DNA from: the human T2T-CHM13v2.0 reference genome, Homo sapiens
Length of the DNA stretch: 64,000 bases
Reading direction: 5' to 3' (one strand)
NCBI RefSeq assembly: GCF_009914755.1
Contig: NC_060925.1
Shown: positions 1 to 20,555 of the stretch, piece by piece
How the letters are laid out: the number at the start of each line of letters is the position of its first letter
How positions within the stretch are numbered: the stretch's first letter is position 1
Program-made: the position numbers and the translations under genes
Notes under the pieces: model-generated
Told to the model about the DNA's origin: nothing
Databases searched by the model: none
The model's input: the letters and a program-made list of their open reading frames with translations, nothing else

Positions 1-806
1 ACTGCCAATTTACCTGCCTACTGCCTTTTCTTTCTTTCTGCCTGCCAGTCTACCTGTATGTCTGCCACACAGACCATAATAATTCAAATATTTATCAACT
101 GTTAAAAAGCCTTGTGGGGTGGTGAACAGCATGAGATAAGAATCTCAGCCTTTCCACCGATTTCTGTATATAACCTGAGTGAATCACTTTTCTGAATCTG
201 TGTTCTCATTTATAAATAAGGATTATATTTAAACTCTTTAAAGAAAGGAATTCTGTGCAGATAGTAGGTGCTCAATAAATGTTTGTGGAATAACAGATTG
301 GCATGAGGGCCAAATTAATTAAGACAATAATGTAACTATTGCTGCTGTCATTGAATGAGAGCCTTTAGCAGGTCCTCTATTTATCTTGGAGGCTGTCATT
401 TCTAATCAGCTATACCCTAGAAAGCAGGCCAAATTTGCTAAAAAAGTGTGCCTTAAATAAGAGACTCTATGCTCAAAGCAGAAAAGAATATAGGCTTTTC
501 ACTTAAATATTTACAGAGAACCTATGCTGTGCCAGTCTGAGTGCTAGATGCCAGGGTGCTAAAGTGAGCAAGACAATTCCTCAAGCCCTTAAGTCTTCAA
601 GGAATTCACAATCTAATGGGAGAGGCAGGCAAATAAATTATCTGCTTTTCTTATTTTATATTTCTTCATTTTTCAACGTAAAATAATTTATTGTAGAAAA
701 TCTGGAAAGCCTAAAAGAAGCAATTAGGCAGTAAAAACATCCATGATACCTACCGCTCAGAGATGACCATTGTTAACATTTTGATATACTGTATTTCCTT
801 CTAGCC

Positions 807-808
<2 letters not shown>

Positions 809-870
<62 letters not shown>
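809..870. repeat. Pure (TA)31 microsatellite at the tail of an antisense Alu
   Basis: Uninterrupted TA run 809-870, followed directly by the T-tract of an antisense Alu. Confidence 0.97.
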
Positions 871-871
<1 letters not shown>

Positions 872-1138
872 TTTTTTGAAACAGAGTCTTGCTCTGTTGC
901 CCAGGCTGGAGTGCAGTGGCATGACCTTTACTCACTGCAACCTTGTCTGTCAGGTTCAGGTGATCCTCCTACCTCAGGCACGTGCCACCATACTGGCTAA
1001 TTTTTGTATTTTTTTTTTTTATAGAGATGGGGTTTCACCATGTTGCCCAGGTTGGCCTCAAACTCCTGGGCTTGAGCAATCTGCCTGCCTTGGCCTCCCA
1101 AACTGCTGGGATTACAAGGTGAGCCACTGCTCCTGGCC
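872..1138 (-). mobile_element. Alu (old, AluJ-like, internally deleted)
   Basis: gagtcttgctctgttgcccaggctggagtgcagtgg ... gtgagccactgctcctggcc. Confidence 0.9.
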
Positions 1139-1139
1139 A

Positions 1140-1975
1140 GAATGTCTTTCTACTGGAATTGGTCTGATGTTTTTCTCTTGGTTAGATAGAGGTTATAGGT
1201 TTTGGGGAAGAAGACCACAGAGGTAAACGGCCATTCTCATCCCATCATATTAATGGTGCATGCCATTAACATGACTTATCACTGATGGTGTTAACACCAA
1301 TCACCTGACTGAGGCGGTATGTATCAGGTTTCTCCATTGCAAAGTTACTCTTTTTTCCCCCTTCTTTCCATACTGCACTCTTTAAAAGAAAGTCAATATG
1401 TACAGTCCACACTTAAGCAGTGGGGAGATATGCTCCACCTCTTTGAGGGCAGAGTATTTACATAAATTATTTGGAATTCTTCTGTACAGGAGATTTGTCT
1501 ATTTGTCCCTGTTTATTTACTCAGTCATTTCTTTATACCCGTATGGACTCATGGATATTTATTTTATACCTTATTATTATTTTTTTTAGAGATAGGGTCT
1601 CACCCTGTCACCCAGGCTGGAGTGCAGTGGCACAATCATAGTTCAGTATAGCCTTGAACTCCTAGGCTCAAGGGATCCTCCCACCTCAGCTTCCTGAGTA
1701 GCTGGGCATGTGCCACCACAACTGGCTTTTTGTTGCTCAAATGTCGTTAGCCATTGGGAGCTCTTTCAGTTGTCTCCTATGTCCCTTTGACACACCCCCA
1801 TCATTGTGATTTTTGAACACTTCCTTACTTTCTAGAACTATACGACGCTCAAGGCTCATCTTGTATGTTCTCTTCTTCAGCCCTAGATCAGCCATTTCTC
1901 TAAGGAGGCCTAGTTCCTTTTATTGGACAATGGTATTATAAACCATGATATGGGCTCTGGTGTCATTTACTTTTT
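1140..1975 (-). mobile_element. Old L1 (L1MC/L1ME-type) 3' region interrupted by an Alu right arm (about 1570-1725)
   Basis: Motifs typical of L1M 3' UTRs (ggggaagaagaccacagaggtaaa..ccattctcatc, tcaggtttctccattgcaaagttact); subfamily judged by eye. Confidence 0.6.
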
Positions 1976-2114
1976 AAAAGTAAATGTTTTAATTGGAGTA
2001 TAACATTTATTCAGATTTATTCAGATAACATTTATTCAAACCATAAGTGTATAGTTTAACGAAATTTTAAGAAGAGAAATTTAAGGCAAATTTTCCAGGT
2101 ACCTGGAATTATAA

Positions 2115-2543
<429 letters not shown>

Positions 2544-2716
2544 CAACAGTCTTTTCAATAGATTTCCTTCCTGCCTCCCTCCTTCTCTACACTCACTTGT
2601 TTATTAAGGGTTTATTATGTGTCAGGCAGTGAACAAAATCAATCCCTTCCTGCATGGAATTTATATCCCAATTGGCAGGTAAGATGACAAACTTTAAAGA
2701 AAATAACATATCAAAG

Positions 2717-3068
<352 letters not shown>

Positions 3069-4342
3069 TTAAACGTAGTAGGGTGTTATTTAACATATGG
3101 TGGCTAGCCTCTATGCCGAGATAAGATTTGAATAGAGATTGACAAGGACAGGGAGTCAGCCACATCCCAGGTGAGCTACACAGGTAGAATGCCATGGAGA
3201 AGAGTGTAGGAAAGGGAGCTAGCGCTTACTGAGTCCTTACTATGTACCAGACACTGTGCAAAATGGCTTCCATACTTCACCTTACTCAGTCCTCACAGTG
3301 CTCAACAACGAAGTTAGAATAATCACTTCCATTTTATGGAAACTTGGATAAGTTAGTAAATTACCCAAGGTCACCCACTGAGCAAGTGGCAGAATCAGGA
3401 CTTGAAGTATCATCTGTGTGCTCCAAGACTTCACTCTCGCCTCCACATCCCTGTGGTGTCCAGAGAGATCCGTGCCATCGGTTTGTACTTGAGACCTGGA
3501 AAGGCCAGCTGGATCAGGCCTATTCGGTTCGGGCATCAGTCCAGGGTGATTCTTCCCCAGGCTCAGCATGTCCAAGTATCCATGATTCACAGACAGTCTC
3601 AATCACTTATCAGTCGGGGGCCTGAGCAGCAGAGTGTTCCTCAGCCCTGCTGAGCTGTCCTCGGTGGGTCTGAGCCAGCTGCGAACAGAGGCCCTTTGTC
3701 TCAGAACGTCTCTTTGGCCAAGTTTTCATATTCAAGTCTGAGTGTTGACAGAATTAACATTCACACACACACACACAAGCACACACACCCCTTGTGACTC
3801 CTACATCATTCAGTCCCTCGTTTGAATTCCAGTTTCTGCCTGATTTTGGACTTTTTCAACAGTCACTGCTGTCACCATTAGCCCTCCCCCATACCTGAAC
3901 TAATGATCCCACAATTCAATCTACCAACATTTATTTATTTATTTACTTTTTTTAGAGACAGGGTCTTGCTATATCACTCAGGCTGGTCTTGAACTCCTAG
4001 ACTTCAGTGATCCTCCCGCCTTAGCCCCGCAAGTAGATGGGATTACAGGTGCAAGCCACTGTGCCCGGTTTCTGCATATTTTAATATGCCAGTCCCTATG
4101 CAAGGTCTGGGATTCCAAAACGTCATGTTGTCCTTGAGGCCGCTGATATTATCATCTGCTGGCCACCTGACACTTGGCAGCTTGTAGCAGTGGCTAGAGA
4201 ATCTTTTATGAAGGATGAGACCTGGATTCAACAAAATTTCTGCACAAACTCACCATGTGACTTTAGGAAAACCATCTTTTCTCTCTGGGTCTCATTTTCC
4301 CCATCTGTACAATGAAAGGGTTGGATTCTAAAGGCCTTGCAT

Positions 4343-6120
<1,778 letters not shown>

Positions 6121-7001
6121 AAATTAAAAGGGTAACACAAGTTCATTGTAGAAAATAATGAAAAAATTAAACTAATCTGAAATTCCATTATTTACCATTT
6201 TGGTACATTTTCTTCTATTCTTTTTTTATGCACAAATATATTTTACAGTGACTATATATATAATTTTGTAAATTTTTCAAGACATTAGGTCATAAACATT
6301 TCCCCATGACATTAAAAACTTCCCAAACATTCTATGGATATATCATACTTTACTAAATTGAGCCCTTACTGTTGGGCATTTAGGTTTGTCTCCAAATGTT
6401 TCCAATTACAAATAATGCTCACATGATTTATATGTTACATATGCATAAAGTATTGCTCACATTTCTGATTATTTCTTGAGAGGAAAAAGAAATCCTAGGA
6501 AGGGAATTACCTAGGAAAAGGATATGTACAATTTTAAGGCTTTGGCCAGAATTGCATACTGTGGCTTAGAAAGGCTATACTCACAATCCTACCAGCCAGG
6601 CCCCAGGTGCGGGTCACAATGGAAGCAGCAGAGGCTAATGTTTTGCCCCAGTCCACGAGGCTGAGGCCCCTTGGGGTGGCTGGTCCCAGGGCTGTGGTGG
6701 GAAGCTCTTACAGATTGCAGGTAAGGGACTACTGGTGGAATCTTCCATGCTGTCACTCATGTTATTGCTTTCTTGCCCTGATCAGTCACCACTCCAAGTC
6801 CCTCCCATCACTTACTGCAAACTGGCACCCTGGTCACAGTTTTCCTCTCTACTCAGGTCCATCATCATCCAGGTGATGTCGATAGGACAGCCCATCCTAG
6901 CCTCTCAGTTTCCTCATCTCTACTTCTACTCCAGGTTAGCCATTTGTCACTACATTCACACCCTAGGCCTTGTCATCAGCAGAAACTGCTTTGAAATTTC
7001 A

Positions 7002-7448
<447 letters not shown>

Positions 7449-7968
7449 CTAACTCTCACAGTCCTTCCTTCCTTCTTCCTTCAAACTTGTAACACTTCCT
7501 GTGTGCCAGGTACTTTACCAGGTACAGGGGTTGTAAAGTGAAAAGAGGTGGAGATCCATCAACTTGCTCGCTCTTCTCAACCCCCTTGCCTGTTTACCTT
7601 TCTGCAAAACCCCCACCTTGTGTCATCCAAACCTTGCATGTGCACTTTGTATTCTAAATTACTTACTTGCGCTCTTCTCTACTTCCCTCTCAGCCAGAAT
7701 TCTCCAAAATGTAACCCAACCCTGCTGTATTCATTTCCTCAGCTCCCCTCTACCCTTCAACCTAAGGTAGTGAGGCTTCCGCCTCACCACTCCACTGAGT
7801 TGTCAAATGGTCTTCCTAACTGTCAAATGCAATGAATGCTTTCCAGATGTTCCCCTCCTTGGCTTCCCAACTGCTTTTGACATTAGCTGTACAACCTTGG
7901 GAAAATCACCCAACCTCTCTGAACCTGTTTCCTCATCACTGAAAGAGTGAATAATAGGATCTTCCTTA

Positions 7969-8590
<622 letters not shown>

Positions 8591-8732
8591 ACTCGCTGGT
8601 ACACAATAAGCATTCAATAAGATAAAATTCAGACTCATTGAACTTGGTTTCCTGGGTCTCTGATAACCAGGAAGGGTTTGCCTTGGCTCATATGAGCATT
8701 TGGATCTCTGAAAAGGATAATTTCCCAGGGCA

Positions 8733-11420
<2,688 letters not shown>

Positions 11421-11441
11421 CTTGATAAATATTGGTATCTT

Positions 11442-11752
<311 letters not shown>

Positions 11753-11998
11753 CTAATATATATGCCTCTTATGAGTTTGGATAGAACAAGTCAGTGCCTA
11801 AACCTTCCCAGTTCTGAGTACCCTAACACTGGACTTCTCGGTCCTCTAAGCTGAGGATAAGCCTCAGAACCCTGGACCCCCGTAGCCAACCCTCCTCAAT
11901 CAGTGAGCAGAATCAGCCCTTCTGCACATCTCTCTGACCTTTCTTCACTCAACATAATAATTGCATTTTGGGTTGATTTCTTCAAAGTAGGCACCTGA

Positions 11999-12330
<332 letters not shown>

Positions 12331-13817
12331 GTTGCTAAGTCTTAATGTAGGAAGATTTCTTGTAATAACAATTCTCTTCTTGGGGTGTTACTTTTTGGTG
12401 TATGTGTCAAGATTCAGTCCAATAATTCAGCCATCCAATAATTGTTTACTGGGCTGGAAACAAAAGAAAATAAGGTAAATAGACAGTCATTGTGTGAGCA
12501 GGGCTGACACACAAGAAGCACAGGGGCTAAGAGAACTAGGGGAAGCCTAGGCAAGTCTTCCTGGAAGAGGTGAGGTCGTGCAGACCAAACCTTCCTGGAC
12601 ATAGTGCTGGATTGTGTTCCTGATTTTGGCTTCATCAACTGCCTGGGGCTTGAAGCCTCTCTTTTCCTGATTCCAGAGCATTTCCTAAATATTTATTGAT
12701 AATACCCTTGGGCATTTGAGCATTTACTCCCCCATTGGACAAGTGGAGTTCAGTCCTTGAGGGAATGATGGCAGGTCTGTGCATGTTCTCCCTGCCTTCT
12801 ACTGGGAGGGATTATGGTGTGAGTAAAAGCCAGCTGGGGCAGGGAAATGGGCCCTCAAGCTAGCAGTCACAAGATTAGCCTCAAAGGGCTCATTACAAAG
12901 GATGGCTGAAATCCATCAGGAAGTAGGGGACCTTGAACCTATCCTTGGAAAAGGATTGTGCTTTGTTACAGTGAAGCTGAGGGGCTTTTTGCATCCCACT
13001 TTTCAGCCAACTCCTGAACATTTTTCCTGTCTGCCCCCTCCCCTGTATTCCTATCACTACTACTCTGGTACAGCCTCTCTACTTTTCACCATGAAGAGGG
13101 GGAAAATGAGAGAGAGAGGGAGAGAGAAATAAATGGAAATAAATAAATAGTGGGGAAAAAAGATTACAATAGCCTCCTGGATGGTTTTTCTGTCTCCAAA
13201 CTCAACTTCAGTCAGCCTCACAATCCAGGTCCACTTACTTTCTGAAGCACTCTTTCTAATACCCAGGTCAGATCTTATTTCTCCCCACTTATCACCTTCA
13301 CTAGTTTCCCACTGCCTTCAGCAAAAGGTCAGGCTCCCTAACCCCCTTGGTATATGCCCCACCTGCTCTCCAGCCTCACCCTAACTCCCCTCCCCTTCAC
13401 ACTTTCCTGTTCCCTGAAGATGCCACTGCTGGCTGTATCATTGTACATGCTGTTCTTCTTACCTGGAATACCCTTCTCCCCTTCTCTGCCCATCTGATAA
13501 ACTGACTTATCCTTCGAAACATTGCTTAAGTTTCGCCTTCTCCCTGAAGCTTTCCTGTCCAGGCCTTTTGCCTGGGCTTATTCCCACCTTCCTCTGTAGC
13601 ACCTCTATACCTTGCTACCCTCAAAACAGTATTACTTGTATCACCAGTATCTGTACCATTGAACATTTGTCTTTAGGTAAGTAAGATTGGGAATTTGAGT
13701 CTCAGAAATGGGAAAAGGCTTATCCAGGGATCCATGGTGGAATGTGGACTCAAATCCAAAACATCCCAGTTCCCCAGCAAGTGCCCTATCTACTGCACCC
13801 TCAAATAATTAATCAGA

Positions 13818-13820
<3 letters not shown>

Positions 13821-13857
<37 letters not shown>
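13821..13857. repeat. (CA)n microsatellite, about 18 units
   Basis: Direct reading. Confidence 0.95.
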
Positions 13858-13859
<2 letters not shown>

Positions 13860-14027
13860 AGAGCATCATTTGTTAGTGGGCTGAAACAGTACTATTGAAC
13901 ATTTGTCCTTAGGTAAGTAAGCCCTTCCATAATTCTCTGAAGTTCATGAGGCATTCTAGGGAAGAGACTGGACAAGATGACCCCCAAGATCCTCTGAACT
14001 CTGATATTTTATGAAACACAGAAAATT

Positions 14028-14374
<347 letters not shown>

Positions 14375-14689
14375 TCACAATCACAATCAATGACCCCCTT
14401 TTTCCTCCAGGGTTCACCCATTTGTGTTTTTGAGATGAAGGAGAAGGAACAAACGTTTACTGCATGCCAACTGTGTGCTCCAACTATATGCTAGGGACAA
14501 TGCTTTACTCACCTTACCTAATTTAACACTCTGAACAATCTTGCAAGATCCGTATTGTCCTCATTTAATAGAGAAAGAAATTGAAATGCAGACTTAGTAA
14601 GCTACCTGCCCAGTGTCACACAGCTAGGAGGTAGCGAGTAGGGATTTCAGCTGTAGTCTTTCTCTCTCTAAACGGGCTCCAAACCGGGA

Positions 14690-15090
14690 AAGTCGGCCTG
14701 CCTGACCGCTGGGACAGGTGACAGGCAAGGGCGTGGAGTCTGTTCTATAGTCGCTGCCTGCCAGGCACCGAACTGCTTACCCCCGTCTTTGAACTCCTCG
14801 CGCAGGTAGACCCAGCGCTGGGCGCACGTTCCCAGGGTGCAGGTCACCAGCAGCAGTGGCAGCAGCTGCAGCCCCTTCATCCTGCGGAACCTCGAGTCCC
14901 AGCCTTGGAACATTGCTACCCTCGCCAGGAGTTCGGCCCCACTGCTGCCACTTCTACCTTGACCCAGGGGCGGGGGCTGAGATCACCTGCATCCCCACAC
15001 CTGGCTGCCCTCCATTCGAGGCCTGGGGGTAGTGAGAATAATGAGGACAAATCCCAGGGCACCACCGCTGAGAGCGCCGGAGGACTGAGG
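14690..15090 (-). promoter_or_regulatory. CpG-enriched putative promoter/first-exon region of the calreticulin paralog, with GC box GGGGCGGGGG at about 14967-14976
   Basis: Non-repeat GC-rich block with many retained CpGs and an Sp1-type box about 90 bp upstream of the ATG. Confidence 0.55.
14781..14880 (-). pseudogene. CALR4P: First coding exon of a calreticulin paralog (calreticulin-4 pseudogene locus): MKGLQLLPLLLVTCTLGTCAQRWVYLREEFKDG + 1 nt
   Basis: ATG at 14880 with A at -3. Hydrophobic signal peptide, then VYLREEFKDG, matching CALR VYFKEQFLDG. The exon is 100 nt (phase 1) and ends in G|GTAAGC, the same position and phase as CALR intron 1. The symbol rests on my recollection that CALR4P neighbours OSBPL9; pseudogene status cannot be seen in this exon. 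Confidence 0.85.
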
Positions 15091-15881
15091 AGCTAATGGG
15101 GGCCAACCAGGTGTTAAGGGAGCGGCAGGGGAGGGTCTCTAGGAGTTAGGGAGTGGAATGGGCAGCTGAGGCTTGCCTCTGGGGTGCTCGACTTTGTGGA
15201 GCTGGTTGAAGTCGCTCTCACTTGATTCCGTTCGTCATCTCTCTGTCCCTCCATCCTCCCTTCCCTCTATCCTTCTATCCTTCCATCCATCCATCCTTCC
15301 ATTCATCCATCCATCCACTGGGCCTATGAAGAAACCACGATGATATCTGTTTATTTTAACAGAAATGCAGGGCCTGAGGGGGCCCAGAAGAGGCTTTGAT
15401 CCAGCATGGGGTCTCAGGGAAGGCTTCCTGAAGAAAGTGACAACTGAGGCTAACCAGGGAGGAAGAAATGGGGGAGGGAGGAGGAGGAGCAGAGAGAAGA
15501 CCATGGGCAAAGGCCAGAGAAGCGAAAGACTTGTAAATTCATGTCATTTCTACAACAACTCCATACTGTACAATCAATGTTATTTACCCTATTGTGAGGA
15601 AAATGAGGCTCAAAGAGGGAAAAAAGCACCAGCATTTGTTGATTATTGTATTATGTGCTAAGCACTGCACCAGGCTCTTAAGAGGCGTATCATTTAATCC
15701 TCACACTAGTGTGAGGAGGGTGTTATCATGCTCGCCTTACAGATGAACAAACTGAGATTCTAAGAGACAAAGTAGCTTCCCAAGGTCACACAGAGATGGA
15801 ATAGGGGCTAGAAACCAGGCCTTCTCATTCCAGTGCCTTCACTACACTTTCGTTTAACTTCATTCATCTATTCAATATCTA

Positions 15882-16894
<1,013 letters not shown>

Positions 16895-17312
16895 TCATGC
16901 TGGGAGAGGAAAGGGGGTCAGGGAGGTCCTCCTTGAGGTGACACTTTGGTTGCCATGTATTCATCTGGGGCAAGTGTTCCAAGAAGAGGCAACAAGTGCA
17001 AAGGCTCTGAGAAGGAGGATGAGTTTGTCACATTTGAGCATCAGAAAGAAAGCCAATGTGGCTTAAGCACAGTGAGGAAGGAGGTGAGGCTGGAGAAAGG
17101 ATGGAGTCAAGACTTCTCATGATATAAGCCATGGGTAGGATTTATAACTGGTGTAGTGGGAAGCCTTTAAAGGGAGTGACATAATCAGAATTATATTTTT
17201 AAAAGGTCACTTTAGCTGCTGTGTGCTAAGTTGGGATGTCGGTGTATAATCAATCGGGATGTCAAGTACACAGTTAAAATATATTAACCTGCATCAATCA
17301 GAGTCCTATGGA

Positions 17313-17323
17313 ATATATGTGTG

Positions 17324-17375
<52 letters not shown>

Positions 17376-17444
17376 CACACACACACAAAGGATAGATTGT
17401 ATATATATATATACACACACACATATATATATACACACAATATA
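17313..17444. repeat. Compound (TA)/(TG)/(CA) microsatellite
   Basis: Direct reading. Confidence 0.95.
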
Positions 17445-18304
17445 ATCCCACAGAAGAGGTCTTGGCTACAAATATAAATTTGGAGGTATATAAGTGGTAT
17501 TTTAAGCCACATAGCTAGATGAGATCTTTAAGAGAGAGGAGCAATTGGCCAAGAACCATGCATGCCAAGTACCCAGAACTGACGAAGAGAACCCGAGCCC
17601 TGAGAGTTGGGCAGAGAAAATGGAAGCAGCAAGGAAAACAATGACTGGCTCTAAAAATAAGAGCCTCCTTTAGAATTCTAGGTTGTTTGCCCATTGGCAG
17701 GGTGGTCTTCTCTTAAAGGGAGTGTCAAAATTGCAATTCAACTAATATTTACTAATCACCTACTATGTGCAGGGTGCTATGCCAAGTTCTGAGGAAACAA
17801 AAACAGATAGGACCCAATCCTTGCTCTCCAGGAATTCTCAGGCCAGTTAGGGACATGGACCTTTAGGCAACTAATTTAGGATGAAAGAAGCCTGGTTTTG
17901 GTGCCCTAATAAATGCAAGAACAGCAAAAGCACAGAGGCAGAGAGATGTACCAGATATTGTGAAATGACTTTACTTGTATCACCTCATAGAGTTCTCTCA
18001 ATATAAACAACTATTGTTTTCCTCATTTTACAGAAGAAGGAACTGAGTCTCTAAGATGGAGGATATACAACTGACAAGTAGTAAAGTCAAGATACACAGC
18101 CAGGTCTGTCTGACTTCAGAGACCAAGTGCTTAATCACTCTTTCATTTTGTGATGGTCTGATAGAGCTGGAACATAAGGTTCCTGGGAAGATGGAGCATC
18201 CAGAGAACAAGGCAGAGGGAGATAAAGAGAAAAGGGGGAACAGGGCCGAATTGGCCCAGGCCTTGAATGCCAACTGGAGGAGTTTGGATTTAGTTCCTCT
18301 GGGC

Positions 18305-18577
18305 CAGAGTTTTTCAATATCAGCACTATTGACATTTGGGGCCAGATAATTCTGTGTGTGGTGGTAGTGGGGTGGGGGTAGAGGGCTGTCCGCTGTATTG
18401 TAGGATGCTTAGCAGTGTCTCTGGCTTTGACTCATCAGATGTAAGTAGCACTCCCCAACCCCTGACAGTTGTGACAACTAAAAATGTCTCCAGACATTAC
18501 CAAATCTCTCCTGGTGTGTGTGTGTGTGTGCCCGCGCACACACATATGCTAATTCGACAACTAGTTGGGAATGGCTG
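18305..18577. mobile_element. MER20 (hAT-Charlie DNA transposon)
   Basis: gcactattgacatttggggccagataattct and gttgtgacaactaaaaatgtctccagacatt; 8-bp TSD ctctgggc/ctctaggc. Confidence 0.85.
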
Positions 18578-18621
18578 CTCTAGGCACTAGTTGGGTGCAG
18601 TTTTAAAAGGAGTGTGACATG

Positions 18622-19140
<519 letters not shown>

Positions 19141-19673
19141 ACCAATGACTTCTGTTATAACAAGCACTGTTATGTTCATAATGTGTTAGCCCTTGTGAGA
19201 AATTGTATTATGTTTAAATTCTGGTAAGCTGGAATCGCTTGTACTATTTTGGTTACATTCCCATGGAGTCTGTTCATTTTCTGTGAAAGGATAGATTGAG
19301 TTTACCATGTGCTCCTCAAGGGCAGTGAGCACAGTGGCTTCTTTGTTTTTATATTCTAAGTCCCTAGCACAGTGAATGTTAAATGAATAGATGAATTTTA
19401 AAAAAATTATTATATACATATTTATATTACTTTTTAGAATATCATGCTTAGATCAGAGATTTGTCATAAGTCTAATATGTAGTAAAAAATAAGCATCTTT
19501 ATTTGTAAGCAACAATATCTGTTTTAATCTTTTGATCCAAAAATTCTACAAGCTGATAAAATGTGTAGACTTTATTTTCAGTTCTATTTTTCAGATGAAA
19601 AAAATCCATGTGATATTTGCAGCATCCACAGGGTTTTATTCAATCTGTAAGAATATATTATTAATTATTCACT

Positions 19674-20079
19674 TGTCTTAGTCCATTTGTGCTACTATAA
19701 CAAAGTACCTAAGACTGGGAAATTTATAAAGAACAGAAATTTATTTCTCACAGTTCTGGAGGCTGGGACGTCCAAGATCAAGGTGTCAACTCCTCTCTGA
19801 AAGCTGTCTGCTTCCAAGGTGGTGCCTCTTGCTGTGTCCTCACCTGGAAGAAGGAGGCAAAAAGGGATGGACATTGTGTCTTCACATGGCAGAATAGATG
19901 GAAGGACCAGGCTGCTCTCTGAAGCTTCTTTTATAAGGGCATTATTCCTGCCTATTAGAGCAGGGCCCTTATGGCTTAATCACCTCCCAAAGGCCCCATT
20001 TCATCTCAAAACCATCACCTTGGTGTTTTAAGTTCCAACATATGAATTTTGGAGGGACACTTACATTCAAACCGTAGCA
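19674..20079 (-). mobile_element. MLT1A-type MaLR solo LTR
   Basis: tgtcttagtccatt..gctataacaaa..tttatttctcacagttctggaggctggga ... acattcaaaccgtagca; near TSD tcact/ccact. Confidence 0.85.
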
Positions 20080-20276
20080 CCACTATATAAAGCACTTTGG
20101 GTTAACTCAATGTGATTTAATTCAATAACTATGGAGCTACCCCTATGAACCTAGCACTAAGAGAGATATAAAAGCACAGTAGTTATCCTCTAGATATGTC
20201 TAATGAAAGAGATGTCAGGCTTAGAGGGTATGCCTCCTTGTTCTGTCTCTTACCAACTGCGTGATCCTGAGTTCAT

Positions 20277-20555
20277 TGAGGCCATATCATGATTTTTGTG
20301 GGCTCTAGGCACTTTTGCCCTTATGGACCCCTTCTTCCATAAAAAAGCATTTAAAGATATATTTATGACTGCATCAGCATAAAGACAAACACAAAACAGG
20401 CTGGATTCATTATTATATATTCATTATTATTATGTTCTTTTTTTCTTCTGGTTTTAAAAGAAATTAAAATTAAAACATGTTTTCTTAGGCTCCTGTAAGT
20501 ATTATGGGCCCTAAGCACTGTGCCTACTGTGCCTAATGGGTAAGTCAGCTTTGGG
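20277..20555. mobile_element. MER91-like hAT-Tip100 element inside a MIR
   Basis: Terminal gggccctaagcactgtgcctactgtgcctaatgggtaagtcagc. Confidence 0.6.

Noticed and set aside
2001-2040. Local repeats of acatttattcaga
   Set aside because: Short slippage duplication in AT-rich L1-derived sequence; no sign of function
3282-3760. GC-balanced unique block tested as calreticulin exon 2
   Set aside because: No minus-strand frame gave calreticulin motifs (W..RW, FYGD, DKG + donor)
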